Shown here one piece after another: positions 10,393 through 19,605 of a stretch of DNA of 64,000 bases. Source of the stretch: Deltaproteobacteria bacterium (GTDB taxonomy: Bacteria > Myxococcota_A > Polyangia > JAAYKL01); the NCBI GenBank assembly GCA_030595125.1, contig JAUVDV010000022.1, positions 3,064-67,063 on the forward strand, given 5' to 3'. Numbering within the stretch: position 1 is the stretch's first letter; every line of letters begins with the position of its first letter. The translations under genes and the position numbers were made by a program. Below the pieces are notes generated by a model. The model ran no database searches. It saw only the letters and a program-made list of their open reading frames with translations, and had not been told where the DNA came from.

Positions 10393-11148
10393 ATGACGTC
10401 CAGGACCGACGCGTACACGGAGAAGCTCTCGGTTATCACGAGTATCGCCAGGGCCGACACCATGGCTCCGTCCATGCCCGTGGACACCTACGTCCAGGAG
10501 GCCAACGACCTCTATCACTGGTGCCGGGACGACAGGGACGCGCTGGTTCACGTCGGGCTCGACTGGTCCGTGGTGGAGGACCTGCCGATTCGCGCGGACG
10601 CGGCCGGCGAGGCCCAGTCCATCTGGATCACCGCGGCGTCCACCCGCGAGAGGGCGCAAAAGCAATGGGCGGCTGCGGCTCGTCCGGCGTACGAGCTGCG
10701 CGACGAACTGGTGCACCATATGCGCTTCGCCTTTCGCAAGAGATCGGACCTGAGCGCTGCGGTGAAGAGCACCGCCGCAGGACGGGGCGACGCCAACATG
10801 ATCCAGGATTTGATAGATCTGGCCGTTATGGGCCGCAGCCACCTGGACCTGCTGACAGCCGTGGGTTTCGATCCGTCCGAGCTGGACCGGGCGGCCGCCC
10901 TGAGCAACGAGCTGGGCAGTCTCAAAGCCGAGGCCAGCGTGGAAAGAGCAAATGACCCGGAGAAAAAGCTGATCCGCGACAAGGCGTACACACACCTCAA
11001 GGAAGCGGTCGACCGTATCCGCGAATGCGGCCGATTCGCGTTCCGGAAGAACCCGGAGCGAGCCCACGGCTATGCCGGCGAGTATACTCGCAAAAAGAAC
11101 GCCCGCAGAAAGCTCCGCGACAAGCAAGACACTCCCCCGATAGATTAA
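10393..11148 (+). CDS. Hypothetical protein
   Basis: Strong GC3 bias on + strand. GGAGG 7 nt upstream of the second ATG (10393). Opposite-strand 286-aa ORF judged a shadow (G/R/A-rich wrong-frame composition). Confidence 0.5.
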   Translation: MTSRTDAYTEKLSVITSIARADTMAPSMPVDTYVQEANDLYHWCRDDRDALVHVGLDWSVVEDLPIRADAAGEAQSIWITAASTRERAQKQWAAAARPAYELRDELVHHMRFAFRKRSDLSAAVKSTAAGRGDANMIQDLIDLAVMGRSHLDLLTAVGFDPSELDRAAALSNELGSLKAEASVERANDPEKKLIRDKAYTHLKEAVDRIRECGRFAFRKNPERAHGYAGEYTRKKNARRKLRDKQDTPPID

Positions 11149-11354
11149 AGCCCCTCCCAAATAGGGTTGCGCATACTTCCGATTAGATTATTCACACCTC
11201 CGATACCATCGGAGACCCAGTCTACCCTATCGGACGTACTTGTTTTCATATCGGAATAACTCTTGTTTATATCGGAGTGATGATAAACTTTATCGCACGC
11301 ACTACCTATTGCATCTACCAGAAATCACACCCCATCCAGGCAGCTCCAAAGGGC

Positions 11355-11395
11355 GAAAAAAAAGTGACTGGCACCCCAAAAAAGTGACTGGCACC
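11355..11395. repeat. Tandem direct repeat, 2 x 20 bp (AAAAAAGTGACTGGCACCCC), copies 2 and 3 of the GTGACTGGCACC motif
   Basis: Read from sequence, period 20 bp. Located about 110 bp upstream of the ECF sigma factor gene. Confidence 0.6.
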
Positions 11396-11504
11396 CTTTG
11401 GTCGCCGCTACAGACAAGGACAATCCCCTGGAAAAATGCGCTATATTGAGGTGAGCACTAATTAAATTAAAACCTTTTCACCACGTCCTTCGACAAAGGG
11501 ATCG

Positions 11505-12128
11505 ATGGAGTGCATTTTGACCGAGGGGAATACAGTCGAGCAGCGCGAGGCGCATGACGATCGGGATCTGGTTCGTCGCGCGCAGGCCGGGGATCGTGAG
11601 GCGACAGGGGATCTGTTCGTGCTTCATTCCCACGCGGTCCGGCGTCTTCTCACAAGCGTGATCGGCCCCAACGCCGATCTCGACGATCTGACCCAGGAAG
11701 TCTTCTTGCGCGCTCACCGGTCCCTGCCCGGTTTCAGGGGGAAATCCAGATTCGCAACATGGCTGCACCGCCTCACGGTGAACACGGCCATCAGCCACCT
11801 GCGCAAAATGAAAAACAAGCAAGTGCTCATGGACCCCGTCGTCCTGGAGGTCGTCGCGGGCGATGATTCCGCCTCGGTGCACGATTGCGCGATGGGCCGT
11901 GAGATGGTTCGGCGGCTTTACAGGATCCTGGACACGGTGTCGCACAAACGGCGCGCCGCGTTCACCCTGTTTGAGATCGAGGGCCGTTCCCTGGCCTCGC
12001 TGGCCGAGATCCTGGGTATCTCCAGGGCATCGGCCAAGTCCCGCGTGTGGTTCGCACGGCGGGAGATAACAAAGAAGGCGGGCGACGATCCCTACCTGGG
12101 ACCACTCTTGCGGGAGTTGAAACAGTGA
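11505..12128 (+). CDS. ECF-subfamily RNA polymerase sigma-70 factor
   Basis: Region 2 (DLTQEVFLRAHRSLPGFRGKSRFATWLHRLTVNTAISHLRK) and region 4 HTH (RAAFTLFEIEGRSLASLAEILGISRASAKSRV). Stop overlaps the anti-sigma start (ATGA). Confidence 0.85.
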   Translation: MECILTEGNTVEQREAHDDRDLVRRAQAGDREATGDLFVLHSHAVRRLLTSVIGPNADLDDLTQEVFLRAHRSLPGFRGKSRFATWLHRLTVNTAISHLRKMKNKQVLMDPVVLEVVAGDDSASVHDCAMGREMVRRLYRILDTVSHKRRAAFTLFEIEGRSLASLAEILGISRASAKSRVWFARREITKKAGDDPYLGPLLRELKQ

Positions 12129-13219
12129 TGGACAAGATGAGACACGAAAACGGCAAAAAACTCCTGGGTGAACTTCGCGACGAGTTGTACGCGGAGGTGG
12201 CCCGGAGTGACTCGCGGCTTGAGATGGATCGCAGAAGGCTCGTTGCCCGTATCGGTCGGCAGGAACCGGAAAGAGCCTCGAGAAAAGGTCTTATTGTCGG
12301 CTTGTCCCTCGGGGCGGCCGTTGCCGCCGCCGCGCTCGCCCTGTTTGTGCTTATGCCAATCGAGGAGCAGGCGCCGCCCCGGCCCATCTCCCTCTCCGGA
12401 TTGTGGCGAGTCGACTCCGGAGACGCCGTCAGCGCGGGTAGTGAGATCCGGGTCCCACCAAATGCGGGCGCCAAACTGGTAATGAAGGATCACACGACCT
12501 TCTGGCTCGGCGCGTCGACTCGCGCGTCTATGAAAGACGGCGATCCATCGACGATAACGCTCACCCACGGGCGAATGCTCACCGTGGTTACCCCGAGGAA
12601 AGCCGGATCCTGTTTAACGGTGAAAACTCCCCTGGGCAACGTCAGGATTCACGGGACCACATTGTCTATCCTGGTGGATGGTGAATCCATGCGGGTGAGG
12701 CTCCATGAGGGCACCGTGGATGTGATCTCGAACGGGGAGACAATACCCGTCTCTCCGGGGCATCAGGTGGAAGTGCGTCAGGGTGCCGCCCTTGTCGTCA
12801 GTCCGGTCGATCGCGCGGGAGTTCTGGCCGATCTCATGATCGCGGAGAAGACCGCTGATCTTGACGGCCCGCCCGTTCCCCGGATCGACCCGGCAGTCGA
12901 GAAGCCCGCCAAAAAGGCGAAAGACCGGATCGATCCTGTGATCGATGAAGCACCGACGGCGGAGCCCCCGAAGAAAGTGCGGGATCCACGCATCTCTGTA
13001 CGCAACAAGCCAAAGAAGGATCAAGACGCGGGCGCAACAGGTGAAGTGGAAGAAGAAGTAATAGAAGAAGAACTCTTCACCAAGGCCTACGTGGAGGCGC
13101 AGGCCGGAAATCTCTCCACGGGAAGGAAGTTGCTGGAGGAGTATCTGAGCGCCCATCCGGACGGACGATACTGGCAGCGCGTCGTCGATATCCTGGGCGA
13201 GGAAGCAACCCCTCCGTAA
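12128..13219 (+). CDS. FecR-family anti-sigma factor (cytoplasmic N-terminus, one TM, periplasmic FecR-like domain, C-terminal helical region)
   Basis: ATG at 12128 overlapping the sigma stop. TM LIVGLSLGAAVAAAALALFVLMPI. FecR-like beta segment (TTFWLGASTRASM ... VRIHGTTLSILVDGESMRVRLHEGTVDV). The longer track ORF from 12047 would overlap the sigma gene. Confidence 0.75.
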   Translation: MDKMRHENGKKLLGELRDELYAEVARSDSRLEMDRRRLVARIGRQEPERASRKGLIVGLSLGAAVAAAALALFVLMPIEEQAPPRPISLSGLWRVDSGDAVSAGSEIRVPPNAGAKLVMKDHTTFWLGASTRASMKDGDPSTITLTHGRMLTVVTPRKAGSCLTVKTPLGNVRIHGTTLSILVDGESMRVRLHEGTVDVISNGETIPVSPGHQVEVRQGAALVVSPVDRAGVLADLMIAEKTADLDGPPVPRIDPAVEKPAKKAKDRIDPVIDEAPTAEPPKKVRDPRISVRNKPKKDQDAGATGEVEEEVIEEELFTKAYVEAQAGNLSTGRKLLEEYLSAHPDGRYWQRVVDILGEEATPP

Positions 13220-13227
13220 AGCGCTCT

Positions 13228-15747
13228 TTATTGCAGTGTGCGCTCGATACTCGCGAGAGGTCCGTTGTTGTCGTTGCCGGCTATTGCCCACAGATACCCG
13301 TTCACTCTGATTATTTCATAGTATCCCCGGGCCGTGTCGAACGTTGAGGAGTTGCTCGTATGCGAGTGAAGCACATCGGTCGGCGGAGGCGGCGGCACGG
13401 TGGCGGGTTCGTACAGCAAGCGGGATGCCGCAGCGGGGCTGACGGAAGGATCGTCTCCGATGTCTTCCGTGGTAACGGCGCAGAAGGTGAACATGACGTC
13501 GAAATGCAGAGATGCCCCGTGACCATGGGTCGGATGACCGATCTGGAGCAATTCCGACTGGACTGTCCATGCGCTGTTGTCACCGTCGGCGGTCACGATC
13601 TCTGATAACTCAAAGTCCCTTCGACCGGAGTTGTTGTTGCCCTCGTGAGCGTCATCGCCAAGGATTGCCATCAAGTAAACAGGGCCGGTAGGAAGCGATT
13701 TCTCGATTGGACCCTCGGGATCCGGGATGAAGCCCGAGAGGTCTTGCCCCATATTCGTCACTATGACGTAAAACGCCCGCGCATGGTTCATGTCATTGGA
13801 AAGGGCGCTGAACGAGGTGAGCGATCCGTCGGCCAGGATCTCCGCCCGCTCCCCGCTGACGTGGTAGCCCGTGCCACTGGCGTCCGGACGGCCGCCGATC
13901 GCGAAGAGATAGGTGGCATCGTCAATGGTTGCAGAGCCGCTTGGAACCGTTATAACCACTGCCTCGAGGCCTTCCCTGGGAACGGTGAGAGTCGTCGACA
14001 ATGTCTCCCAATTTGTAATGGAGCCGAATGGCAGTGGGGCTATCCCCGCGGAATCCGGTGTGACGGAACCGTCGTCGCTGTAAGAAGTGCCCGCTACACT
14101 ATGGGCCAGAAGGCGTGTTTGCCCCGAGTTTCCGGTTGGATCGACGTTGCGGAAAACATTGTACGAAATCGCTCCGTTTACCGACTCCCAATGAATCGTG
14201 ACAGTGCCGGAACCTCCCGAAACCATTTTTAGCGGGGATGCCAGAGTTTCACCGCTCGGAGTTACCGCGGACACCTGGTAGTACCAGGTTCCCGGTGCGA
14301 GTGTTCCGGTCGAGGCGTCGAAGGTTTTAGTAACGATTGCAGGCCGTGTATCAAGGCCCAGCATCTGCGCTCTCTCAATTGTGTCCAGGGCGGAGGTCGT
14401 CAGCGAGGGTAGGTTGGTGTTGGTGTCCGCGCCTCCCACCGCGTAGATCCATTTGCCGGCGCGCACCAGCGAATGTCCCTGGCGCCCCGTCGGCGATAAA
14501 GAGGAGCCCATGAGGTTGTCCTCTCTGGATGAGGTGCTCTCGTTCCATTGCTGTGCGACCCATGGCACGCCGGGCTCGCCTGTCAAACTGATCGCGAGGA
14601 TCTCGACGTCGCGCAGAACACTGTCTGCGGAATCGAGGCCGCCCGTTGTGTAGATGTAGGTTCCTCCGAAAACATCAAAGCCCGCGACGGAACTCTGTCG
14701 CCACCTGGCCGTAACCAGGGCGTCGGGAATCAAAGCGAAATTGCCCAGGTGACCAATCGCCGCCTCGGTCGCTTCGTAGCTGTAGAAAATGTCATACTGA
14801 TTGTCCGGATTGACCACTCGCACACGGTAAATACCCTGACTCACATCAAGATGGTCAACCTCCGCGATCAGCTCGCCTTCCGACACAAAGGCCGTAGTCA
14901 GGTCGATCGGGGTGTCGTCGGACTCCAGCAACTGGACCTGGGCTCCGTTCTGAAAGTAGTCACCCAGGACGGTCATGTCGAAGTTGGCGGACGCTGGGTT
15001 TCGGAAGGGATCGAGTTCGGAAATATTGGGCGGTGGGGTGACATTGACTTCAAACTCGCCCCTCTCCGAACCGTCCATCCAGAATGCGCCGAGGCCGGAT
15101 GGATTGACTACTTCGACCCAGTACGTTCCAGCCGGCATCGATTCACTCTCGGAAGGGCACGTACCCTCGAGCTCCGTCGAAGAGGCAAAGACCACAATGC
15201 TGGCGGGATAACGCACGCTCGTATCGGAAGTGCTCACCCAGGTCACCATCGGAACTTCCTCGAAACCAGTTCCTTCAACAACAACTTGCTTGTCCGACAT
15301 AATCGCATCCGTATCGGTGCCGATCCAGGCCGAGTCGGGCGTAACCAGCGTCACGGTCATCGGCGCCACATCCAGGGCGTCGAAAGTATTTGGACATACA
15401 GCGATCCCACCGCCCGGGTTGGTCAGGGTCATCTGATAGGTGCCGGCGGGTATCTCACCCTCCGAAACTCCCACCTCCGCGCTGGTCTCGTCGGTGACCG
15501 TAGCAGCGCCGAGAGCTTCGGATGTCGAGGTTGTGGTTTCGGTAACCGAGACCGTCATCCCGTCGAGAAAACCGCTGCCGGTTATCGTGAACTCCGCATC
15601 TGCCTGCGTTGAGATGGCCGCCGGAATCACCGCGTGGCACTCCAGATCGGTATCCGTCGAGCCGTCCAGGCCCCCGTCGGCTTTCGGGTTGTTGCTCGAG
15701 CAAGCCAGCATTGTCAGGCCAACTAATACAAAAATCAGCTTTTTCAT
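13228..15747 (-). CDS. Large lipoprotein with repeated IPT/TIG-like Ig domains and Kelch-like beta-propeller repeats
   Basis: Internal start MKKLIFVLVGLTMLACSS (lipobox LAC) preceded by a GGAGGA RBS. The track ORF extends further to 16383 without a signal. Repeats TITGSGFLDG / VVVEGTGFEEV (IPT-like) and YIYTTGG / IYAVGGAD / LFAIGGRPD / LWAIAGNDN (Kelch-like). Confidence 0.7.
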   Translation of the reverse strand: MKKLIFVLVGLTMLACSSNNPKADGGLDGSTDTDLECHAVIPAAISTQADAEFTITGSGFLDGMTVSVTETTTSTSEALGAATVTDETSAEVGVSEGEIPAGTYQMTLTNPGGGIAVCPNTFDALDVAPMTVTLVTPDSAWIGTDTDAIMSDKQVVVEGTGFEEVPMVTWVSTSDTSVRYPASIVVFASSTELEGTCPSESESMPAGTYWVEVVNPSGLGAFWMDGSERGEFEVNVTPPPNISELDPFRNPASANFDMTVLGDYFQNGAQVQLLESDDTPIDLTTAFVSEGELIAEVDHLDVSQGIYRVRVVNPDNQYDIFYSYEATEAAIGHLGNFALIPDALVTARWRQSSVAGFDVFGGTYIYTTGGLDSADSVLRDVEILAISLTGEPGVPWVAQQWNESTSSREDNLMGSSLSPTGRQGHSLVRAGKWIYAVGGADTNTNLPSLTTSALDTIERAQMLGLDTRPAIVTKTFDASTGTLAPGTWYYQVSAVTPSGETLASPLKMVSGGSGTVTIHWESVNGAISYNVFRNVDPTGNSGQTRLLAHSVAGTSYSDDGSVTPDSAGIAPLPFGSITNWETLSTTLTVPREGLEAVVITVPSGSATIDDATYLFAIGGRPDASGTGYHVSGERAEILADGSLTSFSALSNDMNHARAFYVIVTNMGQDLSGFIPDPEGPIEKSLPTGPVYLMAILGDDAHEGNNNSGRRDFELSEIVTADGDNSAWTVQSELLQIGHPTHGHGASLHFDVMFTFCAVTTEDIGDDPSVSPAAASRLLYEPATVPPPPPTDVLHSHTSNSSTFDTARGYYEIIRVNGYLWAIAGNDNNGPLASIERTLQ

Positions 15748-16005
15748 GTATGTCCTCCGCATATGGGCATTTAAGGTATTGTAAGTTGATCTCAAGTTTA
15801 CTTCCACGATGTTTATCCACGACAGTCGCCAAACTCCGATATACTTGGTCTGGGATACTTGGCCTGGGAGGCGTACAACATGGCTACTAAGGGTTCGCGC
15901 AAGAATAAGTTCCCGGATTTGCGGCGTCGAGGCGCCTGTCCGGCAAGGCACGACGACGAAGGACTGGCGCAGCCAATTCGAAGAGGAGTAACGCAGCCGG
16001 ACGGG

Positions 16006-17373
16006 ATGGATCGGCGGTGCAAAAAGGGAAGTTGTTTTTGCGCGAGCCCTAATAGAACCCTGTTCGCAGTATTGACATTGACGGCGCTGCTCTGGTCCGG
16101 GGAAACACTCGCTCAGATTCATCCTCTTCAAGATACCAGCCCAACTACCCTGACCTCCGGAGGGGTTGCAAATGCGCAAGTAGGTTGGCAATTCACGTGT
16201 AACAGCAGCAGTGTGGTGGTCACAGAACTCGGGTGCTGGTGGCTGGATTCCAATACCAACTCCAAAACACTGACGCTCTTCGACGAATCTACCCAGGCGA
16301 TTCTCGCTCAAGTCACGACAACTCCCGCCACAGGCTGGATCTGGGTCAGTCTCTCTTCCCCGGTTTCGCTGGTAAATGGACACGATTATATCGTGGTAGG
16401 CTTCACATCGACCTCAAGCTATTACTACAATTGTGCCCTCACAGCTCCCTCTCCGTGGATGCCCACGGGGACCATCCAGTATATAACTGAAAGGGCTTGC
16501 ACCAGTTGTACTGCAACCACCTTCCCGACTTCGGTCTTTTCACAAGTCTGTCAATACGGTGTTGTTGATATTGGATACACAACAAATCTCAACTGCGGCA
16601 ACGGCACAATAGATTCCGGAGAAACCTGCGATGACGGAGTTGCAAACGGCAGCACTGATTGCGGCTGCCAGCTCACCTGCGATTACAGCCCCGCCGCAAC
16701 ATCGTGCGGAGATTCGACAGACGATGATTGCACTGATCCTGACACCTGCGACGGCTCGGGTGTCTGCGAAATAAATGACGAACCGGATGGAACCACTTGC
16801 CTGAACGATGGTCTTTTTTGCACCGGCACGGAGAGTTGTGACATCGGCGTGTGTACGTCATCAGGAGATCCATGCGATCCCTTTACGGAATTCTGCGACG
16901 AAGTGTCATCCAGCTGCATCCTGACATGCGGAAACGGCACCCACGAAGGATCCGAACAGTGTGACGACGGCAACCAGACGGATGGCGACGGCTGCTCCTC
17001 CAATTGCATCGTCGAGGATGGGTGGACATGCGATCACGAAGGTGACGCCGGGCCGGACGAATGTGAGGAGATATGTGGAGACGGACTTGTCGTCGGAGAT
17101 GAGGATTGCGACGACGGAAACTCCATTTCTGACGACGGCTGCACCGATTGTTTCGTCGATGACGGTTGGGAGTGCGACGACGAAGAGCCCTCGGAATGTA
17201 CAGAAGGAGGTTCGGATAGTGACTCGGATGTCGACTCGGACTCCGATTCCGACTCGGACTCCGACTCGGACTCGGATAACGATCCTTTGACTATCGATTC
17301 CTGTGCTTGCCGACCCACAGGCAACTCCAGGTTCGGCTCTTTGATCGGAGTCATTCTCACACTCATCGACTGA
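16006..17373 (+). CDS. Secreted protein with Myxococcus-type cysteine-rich repeats (CGNG..DxGExCDDGN..DGC), Ser-Asp repeat linker and Cys-containing hydrophobic C-terminal tail
   Basis: Signal peptide after internal Met (MDRRCKKGSC..FAVLTLTALLWSGETLAQ). Three-plus repeats of C-G-N-G-x-x-(D/E)-x-G-E-x-C-D-D-G-N. Repeat SDSDVDSDSDSDSDSDSDSDND then DSCACRPTGNSRFGSLIGVILTLID-stop. Confidence 0.7.
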   Translation: MDRRCKKGSCFCASPNRTLFAVLTLTALLWSGETLAQIHPLQDTSPTTLTSGGVANAQVGWQFTCNSSSVVVTELGCWWLDSNTNSKTLTLFDESTQAILAQVTTTPATGWIWVSLSSPVSLVNGHDYIVVGFTSTSSYYYNCALTAPSPWMPTGTIQYITERACTSCTATTFPTSVFSQVCQYGVVDIGYTTNLNCGNGTIDSGETCDDGVANGSTDCGCQLTCDYSPAATSCGDSTDDDCTDPDTCDGSGVCEINDEPDGTTCLNDGLFCTGTESCDIGVCTSSGDPCDPFTEFCDEVSSSCILTCGNGTHEGSEQCDDGNQTDGDGCSSNCIVEDGWTCDHEGDAGPDECEEICGDGLVVGDEDCDDGNSISDDGCTDCFVDDGWECDDEEPSECTEGGSDSDSDVDSDSDSDSDSDSDSDNDPLTIDSCACRPTGNSRFGSLIGVILTLID

Positions 17374-17384
17374 TTGAACTTCTA

Positions 17385-18338
17385 TTGATTACCTCGTCCG
17401 AATTCAAACCTATCTGGTGGCTGGGAAACCCGCACCTGCAGACCCTGTGGCCTGTCTGGTTTGGCAGAAAGCAATTGTATGGCCGCAGCGAACGCCTGGA
17501 GTTGGAAGATGGTGACTTTCTGGATCTTCGCTGGTTTGATGATGATGGTCCTCTCGTGGTCGTGGTGCATGGCCTCGAAGGTTCAATCGATTCCCACTAT
17601 GCGGGCGCAATGATGAAGGCGCTGCAGGAGTATGGTTTTCACGGCTTGTTTATGCATCTGCGCGGTTGCAGCGGCGAACCCAATCGTCTCGACCGCTCCT
17701 ATCACTCTGGTGAAACAGGTGATCTTGCCGCAGTTGTTCGGCATGCAGCAAGAGTGGCCGGCAAGCCTGTTTTTGCCATGATCGGCTACTCGCTGGGAGC
17801 AAATGCGTTGTTGAAATGGCTGGGTGAAGGGGGTGGGCAACCACCTCTGCAGCGTGCTGTTGCAGTCTCTGTTCCATTTCAACTTGGCGATGCCGCGCGC
17901 AAATTATCGACTGGGTTTTCGCGACTCTATCAGAATCATTTGTTGAACAGGCTGCGCCGGAATTTTCGCCGCAAGTTCAGGCGGCGCGCATCTCCATTGG
18001 CGGTTGATGTCGATACGTTGCGTGATTTTTACAGTTTTGATGACAAGGTTACGGCACCGCTGCATGGGTTCAGTGGTGCGGATGACTACTACCGGCAGTC
18101 AAGTTCACGTCAATATCTGAAAAATATTCAATGCGAGACACTCATCCTGCATGCGCAGGATGATCCATTTATGTTCAAAGAGAGCATTCCCGGTAATGAG
18201 GAGTTATCGCAGCATGTGACGCTGGAACTCTCAAAACATGGCGGTCACGTCGGTTTTATCGGTGGAAGAGTTTTTCCACGACGTTGGTTGGAGCCACGGA
18301 TTATTCGGTTTCTCATTCAAAAGACTCAGAGTCCTTAG
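17385..18338 (+). CDS. Alpha/beta-fold hydrolase (YheT/YcfP-like)
   Basis: N-terminal W-L-G-N-P-H-L-Q-T-L-W motif, HGLEGS, GYSLGAN nucleophile elbow, C-terminal His region. Start uncertain: TTG 17385 chosen to avoid a 67-nt overlap with the upstream gene (track ORF starts 17307). Confidence 0.7.
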   Translation: MITSSEFKPIWWLGNPHLQTLWPVWFGRKQLYGRSERLELEDGDFLDLRWFDDDGPLVVVVHGLEGSIDSHYAGAMMKALQEYGFHGLFMHLRGCSGEPNRLDRSYHSGETGDLAAVVRHAARVAGKPVFAMIGYSLGANALLKWLGEGGGQPPLQRAVAVSVPFQLGDAARKLSTGFSRLYQNHLLNRLRRNFRRKFRRRASPLAVDVDTLRDFYSFDDKVTAPLHGFSGADDYYRQSSSRQYLKNIQCETLILHAQDDPFMFKESIPGNEELSQHVTLELSKHGGHVGFIGGRVFPRRWLEPRIIRFLIQKTQSP

Positions 18339-18418
18339 GTTGGGGTTCCAAATTCATTTCGATGCCTCTTTTCGATCCATGTTAACATGCTTCCACGTTC
18401 ACATCGAAAGGGAGAGAA

Positions 18419-19144
18419 ATGAGGTACTTGCTTTTGATAGTACTTGCGACCGTGCTGGTTTGCGGTGGGTGTACGGACGATAGCGGTCGCGGTGGATCGA
18501 GTGACTCGGATTCCGATTCAGACAGCGACAGCGATGGCGACAGCGATTCGGATGTCGATTGCTCTCAAGGGGAGTACAGTGGCGATTTCGAGATCAACTC
18601 ACAATCGGATATCGCAACCCTCGCGGGATACACATCGATCTCGGGAGATCTTACAATCAACTGCCCTTCATGCACCGACTTGAGCGAGTTGATTTGCCTT
18701 ACCTCGGTGGGTGGCGAATTGTGGCTCGAAAGCAACTCCACTATCACCAACCTTAACGGGCTGAGTGCCCTCACCTCGGTGGGCGAGGGCTTTGCAATCG
18801 TCGAGAACCCCGCCCTGACCAACCTGGAAGGTCTTGGCGCCCTCACCTCGGTGGGCGAGACCTTTGCAATCGTCGAGAACCCCGCCCTGACCAACCTTGG
18901 CGGGCCTAGCGCCCTCACCTCGGTGGGCCATTTAGGAATCAGATGGAACCTCGCCCTGACCAACCTGGACGGCCTGAACGCCCTCACGTCGTTGGGCGGA
19001 AACTTGAATATCGACGGAAACGCCTCCCTTCCCAACTGCGAGGTGTGCGACCTGATGGACCAACTCAACGGCTTTTCCGGCGGGATATCTGTCTTCAACA
19101 ACCTTGACGACACATGCACGCCGGTTCCGACTAGCTGTCCGTAA
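18419..19144 (+). CDS. Lipoprotein with N-terminal Ser-Asp repeat and leucine-rich (receptor-L-domain-like) 24-aa repeats
   Basis: Lipobox LVCGGC. SDSDSDSDSDSDGDSDSDVD repeat. Repeated ALTSVGEGFAIVENPALTNLEGLG units. Confidence 0.7.
   Translation: MRYLLLIVLATVLVCGGCTDDSGRGGSSDSDSDSDSDSDGDSDSDVDCSQGEYSGDFEINSQSDIATLAGYTSISGDLTINCPSCTDLSELICLTSVGGELWLESNSTITNLNGLSALTSVGEGFAIVENPALTNLEGLGALTSVGETFAIVENPALTNLGGPSALTSVGHLGIRWNLALTNLDGLNALTSLGGNLNIDGNASLPNCEVCDLMDQLNGFSGGISVFNNLDDTCTPVPTSCP
18767..18930 (+). repeat. Near-perfect 72-bp tandem DNA repeats (about 2.3 copies) inside the lipoprotein gene
   Basis: Units 18767..18838 and 18839..18910 differ at a handful of positions. A third partial unit follows. 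Encodes 24-aa LRR-like repeats. Confidence 0.6.
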
Positions 19145-19345
19145 AGGGATGCAGGTTACGCGCTATGCCGTCCCCAAATCGTCAAATCGTCAGGGTCGTT
19201 ATAAATAGGATCAACGGCGAACGGCGGCGAGCGCCAGCGACCGCCGCATAATAACGTGCGGCCTCTAAAACCTTTACCCACCCTTTAGCGACAAAGAGAT
19301 CAGACAGGCCAGGGGCGCCGGGCCACTCAAAAAGAAAGGTCAGAC

Positions 19346-19591
19346 ATGAAAACGATCATCGCATTGATATGCGCGGGCACGTTTGCGATCGCCGCAACAG
19401 CCGCGTTCGCTCAGCAACCGGAAACGCAGGATGTGACGGAGTACAAGTTCAACGATGAGATCGTGCCGGGGACCCTGCTTCGACCCGACAACTCGATCAT
19501 CACAGCGCGCACCACCGGAAAGGCAAAGAGCCTCATCAGGGTGCGAAAACACTTCATCCCGCACATGCTGAAATCGGTGGAAGATATCTAG
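19346..19591 (+). CDS. Small secreted protein (81 aa) with signal peptide, hypothetical
   Basis: MKTIIALICAGTFAIAATAAFAQQ signal. GC3-biased. AAGAAAGG upstream. Confidence 0.45.
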   Translation: MKTIIALICAGTFAIAATAAFAQQPETQDVTEYKFNDEIVPGTLLRPDNSIITARTTGKAKSLIRVRKHFIPHMLKSVEDI

Positions 19592-19605
19592 ACCTGCGGG
19601 TTTAT

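Noticed and set aside
10300-11160. 286-aa minus-strand ORF opposite the hypothetical gene
   Set aside because: Gly/Arg/Ala-rich wrong-frame composition typical of high-GC shadow ORFs. The + strand ORF has clear GC3 bias and an RBS.
11364-11395. TGGCAC cores in the repeated motif read as sigma-54 -24 elements
   Set aside because: No TTGC -12 element at N4 spacing after any of the three copies.
15859-16005. N-terminal 49 codons of track ORF 15859..17373
   Set aside because: No signal peptide there. A canonical signal peptide begins at the internal Met (16006), so the shorter start was preferred. The coding-extent call remains uncertain.
17215-17285. Short tandem DNA repeats (GACTCG/GACTCC units), also at about 18484..18550, considered as possible CRISPR or VNTR
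   Set aside because: They are in-frame coding Ser-Asp repeats inside secreted-protein genes. There are no spacers, so not CRISPR.
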